From the NCBI GenBank assembly GCA_964016885.1, contig OZ024744.1:121892001-121956000 (forward strand): DNA of 64,000 nt, in the 5' to 3' direction. The stretch is from Eledone cirrhosa (taxonomy: Eukaryota). The notes under the pieces were generated by a model. That model was not told the origin of the DNA and did not search any database. It saw nothing but the letters and a program-made list of their open reading frames with translations. The translations under genes were made by a program, and so were the position numbers. Shown here in pieces: positions 60,401 through 64,000 of the stretch; position 1 is the stretch's first letter, and every line of letters starts with the position of its first letter.

Positions 60401-63400
60401 ACTATCTCCCTTTACAACATCAATCACTACCTCTATTCCTCTCACCCAGACACATTCATACTTCCTCAACACAGGACCCAACCATTTCACACTATCTCTC
60501 TTCACAACATCCATAACTATCTCTATTCCTCTCACCCAGTCACTTTTATCCTTCCTCAACACATGATCCAACCATCTCACACTATCTCTCTTCACAACAT
60601 CCATCACTACCTCCATTCCTCTCAGCCAGTCACATTCATACTTCCTCAACACATGACCCATCCATCTCACACTATCTCTCTTCACAACATCCATCACTAC
60701 CTCTGTTCCTCTTACCCAGTCAAGTTTATCCTTCCTCAACACATGACCCAACCATCTCACACTATCTCTCTTCACAACATCCATTACTACCTCTATTGCT
60801 CTCACCCAGTCAATTTTATCCTTCCTCAACACATGACCCAACCATCACACACTATCTCTCTTCACAACATCCATCACTACCTCTATTCCTCTCACCCAGT
60901 CACATTCATACTTCCTCAACACATAACCCAACCATCTCACACTGTCTCTCTTCACAACATCCATCACTACCTCTATTCCTCTCACCCAGTCACTTTTATA
61001 CTTCCTCAACACATGACCCAACCATCTCACACTATCTCTCTTCACAACATCCATCACTACCTCAATTCCTCTCATCCAGTCACTTTTATCCTTCCCAAAC
61101 ACATGACCCAACCATCTCACACTATCTCTCTTCACAACATCCATCACTACCTCTATTCCTTTCACCCAGTCACTTTTATCCTTCCTCAACACATGACCCA
61201 ACCATCTCACACGATCACCCTTCACAACATCCATCACTACCTCTATTCCTCTCACCCAGTCACTTTCATAGTTCCTCAACACATGACCCGACCATCTCAC
61301 ACTATCTCTCTTCACAACATCCATCACTACCTCTGTTTCTCTCACCCAGTCACATTCATACTTCCTCAACTCATGACCCAACCATCTCACACTATCTCTC
61401 TTCACAACATCCATCACTACCTTTATTCCTCTCACACAGTCACTTTCATACATCCTCAACACATGACCCAACCATCTCACACTATCTCTCTTCACAACAT
61501 CCATTACTACCTCTATTGCTCTCACCCAGTCACTTTTATCCTTCCTCAACACATGACCCAACCATCTCACACGATCACCCTTCACAACATCCATCACTAC
61601 CTCTATTCCTCTCACCCAGTCAATTTCATACTTCCTCAACACATGACCTAACCATCTCACACTATCTCTCTTCACAACATCCATCACTACCTCTATACCT
61701 CTCACCCAGTCACTTTCATACTTCCTCAACACATGACCCAACCATCTCACACTATCTCTCTTCACAACATCCATCACTACCTCTATTCCTCTCACCCAGT
61801 CAATTTTATACTTCCTCAACTCATGACCCAACCATCTCACACTATCTCTCTTCACAACATCCATCACTACCTCTATTCCTCTCACCCAGTCACTTTTATC
61901 CTTCCTCATCACATAACCCAACCATCTCACACTATCTCTCTTCACAACATCCATCACTACCTCTATTCCTCTCACCCAGTCACTTTTATCCTTCCTCAAC
62001 ACATGACCCAACCATCTCACTCTATCTCTCTTCACAACATCCATCACTACCTCTATTCCTCTCACCCAGTCACTTTTATCCTTCCTCAACACATGACCCA
62101 ACCATCTCACACTATCTCTCTTCACAACATCCATCACTACCTCTATTCCTCTCACCCAGTCACTTTCATACTTCCTCAACACATGAGCCAACTATCTCAC
62201 ACTATCTCTCTTCACAACATCCAACACTAGCTCTGTTCCTCTCACCCAGTCTCTTTCAACCTTCCTCAACACATGACCTAACCATCTCACACTATCTCTC
62301 TTCACAACATCCATCACTACCTCCATTCCTCTCAGCCAGTCACTTTTATCCTTCCTCAACACATGACCCAACCATCTCACACTATCTCTCTTCACAACAT
62401 CCATCACTACCTCTATTCCTCTCACCCAGTCACTTTCATACTTCCTCAACACATGAGCCAATCATCTCACACTATCTCCCTTTACAACATCCATCACTAC
62501 CTCTATTCCTCTCACCCAGACACATTCATACTTCCTCAACAAAGGACCCAACCATCTCACACTATCTCTCTTCACAACATCCATAACTATCTCTATTCCT
62601 CTCACCCAGTCACTTTTATCCTTCCTCAACACATGATCCAACCATCTCACACTATCTCTCTTCACAACATCCATCACTACCTCCATTCCTCTCAGCCAGT
62701 CACATTCATACTTCCTCAACACATGACCCATCCATCTCACACTATCTCTCTTCACAACATCCATCACTACCTCTGTTCCTCTTACCCAGTCAAGTTTATC
62801 CTTCCTCAACACATGACCCAACCATCTCACACTATCTCTCTTCACAACATCCATTACTACCTCTATTGCTCTCACCCAGTCAATTTTATCCTTCCTCAAC
62901 ACATGACCTAACCATCTCACACTATCTCTCCTCACAACATCCATCACTACCTCTATTCCTCTCACCCAGTCACATTCATACTTCCTCAACACATAACCCA
63001 ACCATCTCACACTGTCTCTCTTCACAACATCCATCACTACCTCTATTCTCACCCAGTCACTTTTATACTTCCTCAACACATGACCCAACCATCTCACACT
63101 ATCTCTCTTCACAACATCCATCACTACCTCTATTCCTCTCATCCAGTCACTTTTATCCTTCCCAAACACATGACCCAACCATCTCACACTATCTCTCTTC
63201 ACAACATCCATCACTACCTCTATTCCTTTCACCCAGTCACTTTTATCCTTCCTCAACACATGACCCAACTATCTCACACGATCACCCTTCACAACATCCA
63301 TCACTACCTCTATTCCTCTCACCCAGTCACTTTCATACTTCCTCAACACATGACCCGACCATCTCACACTATCTCTCTTCACAACATCCATCACTACCTC

Positions 63401-63830
63401 TGTTTCTCTCACCCAGTCACATTCATACTTCCTCAACTCATGACCCAACCATCTCACACTATCTCTCTTCACAACATCCATCACTACCTTTATTCCTCTC
63501 ACACAGTCACTTTCATACTTCCTCAACACATGACCCAACCATCTCACACTATCTCTCTTCACAACATCCATTACTACCTCTATTGCTCTCACCCAGTCAC
63601 TTTTATCCTTCCTCAACACATGACCCAACCATCTCACACGATCACCCTTCACAACATCCATCACTACCTCTATTCCTCTCACCCAGTCAATTTCATACTT
63701 CCTCAACACATGACCTAACCATCTCACACTATCTCTCTTCACAACATCCATCACTACCTCTATACCTCTCACCCAGTCACTTTCATACTTCCTCAACACA
63801 TGACCCAACCATCTCACACTATCTCTCTTC
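59720..63830. repeat. Tandem 2070-bp (23-monomer) higher-order repeat, 2 copies
   Basis: ORFs 60122..60391 and 62192..62461 are identical (offset 2070). ACGATCACCC at 61211/61571 recurs at 63278/63638, an offset of 2067 after a 3-bp deletion near 63047. Confidence 0.85.
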
Positions 63831-64000
63831 ACAACATCCATCACTACCTCTATTCCTATCACCCAGTCACATTCATACTTCCTCAACACAGGACCCAACC
63901 ATCTCACACTATCTCTCTTCACAACATCCATCACTACCTCTGTTCCTCTCACCCAGTCACTTTTATCCTTCCTCAACACATGACCCAACCATCTCACACT

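Larger units (their letters stand above)
1..64000. repeat. 90-bp tandem satellite array, about 710 monomers, head-to-tail, continuing beyond both window edges
   Basis: The motif CAACACATGACCCAACCATC recurs every 90 bp from position 41 (41, 131, 221, ...) to the end of the window. Only scattered substitutions and occasional 1-3 bp indels interrupt it. I saw no unique sequence or inversion. Confidence 0.99.
54780..64000. repeat. Right satellite sub-domain, nearly indel-free, with its own variant set
   Basis: The 90-bp phase is constant from ~54780 to ~63045. Private variants include CCAGCACTAGCTC, ACTTTCTCCCTTTAC, ACGATCACCC, CAACTCATG, CTTCCCAAAC and ACTGTCTCTC. Confidence 0.8.

Noticed and set aside
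47-63718. Long plus-strand His/Ser/Pro-rich ORFs (MTQPSHTISLHNIHHYLYSSHPVTFILPQH and HDPTISHYLSSQHPSLPLFLSPSHFYPSST repeats, up to 1505 aa) as metal-binding or structural proteins
   Set aside because: The strand has almost no G, so stops are intrinsically rare. Two overlapping frames are open at once, ORFs swap frame at 1-bp indels, and there are no unique termini.
560-63997. Minus-strand ORFs as a functional reverse transcriptase or intact LINE
   Set aside because: Only one 30-aa segment is reiterated. There is no endonuclease, no YADD-type RT core, no RGRP motif, no 3' tail and no target-site duplication in the window.
1-64000. CRISPR array or variable-cassette system (conserved part plus variable part)
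   Set aside because: The variable half differs only by a few SNPs between units. There are no unique spacers, no palindromic repeat and no cas or recombinase genes.
1-64000. Telomeric repeat or canonical G-quadruplex array
   Set aside because: CCTAACC occurs only as an isolated SNP variant. The G-rich strand has just two GGG runs per 90 bp, too few for canonical three-tier G4.
1-64000. Purely artefactual or synthetic concatemer
   Set aside because: Hierarchically shared SNPs and indels, plus position-specific variant sets, fit natural satellite evolution. Local copy-number errors in the assembly cannot be excluded.

Overview
The whole 64 kb window is one uninterrupted head-to-tail tandem array of a 90-bp monomer (about 710 copies, single orientation, no flanks visible). 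Consensus read from the sequence: ATGACCCAACCATCTCACACTATCTCTCTTCACAACATCCATCACTACCTCTATTCCTCTCACCCAGTCACTTTTATCCTTCCTCAACAC (A23 C38 G2 T27, no CpG). I see no conventional gene, RNA gene or CRISPR array. The long ORFs arise because the unit is 30 codons long and three of six frames lack a stop. The main observation is that the minus-strand unit translates to GIEVVMDVVKRDSVRWLGHVLRKDKSDWVR. This resembles the conserved post-RT C-terminal segment of RTE-clade non-LTR retrotransposon ORF2 (..R-L-R-W-[FLY]-G-H-V-x-R..W-V..), so the array is probably a eukaryotic satellite amplified from a 90-bp piece of LINE coding sequence. That call comes from motif recognition, not a database search. Diagnostic variants split the array into three sub-domains (~1-28.3 kb, ~28.6-54.8 kb, ~54.8-64 kb) containing nested higher-order duplications of about 3 to 57 monomers, plus one block duplicated about 12.5 kb away. 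Block boundaries are approximate and were read by eye.
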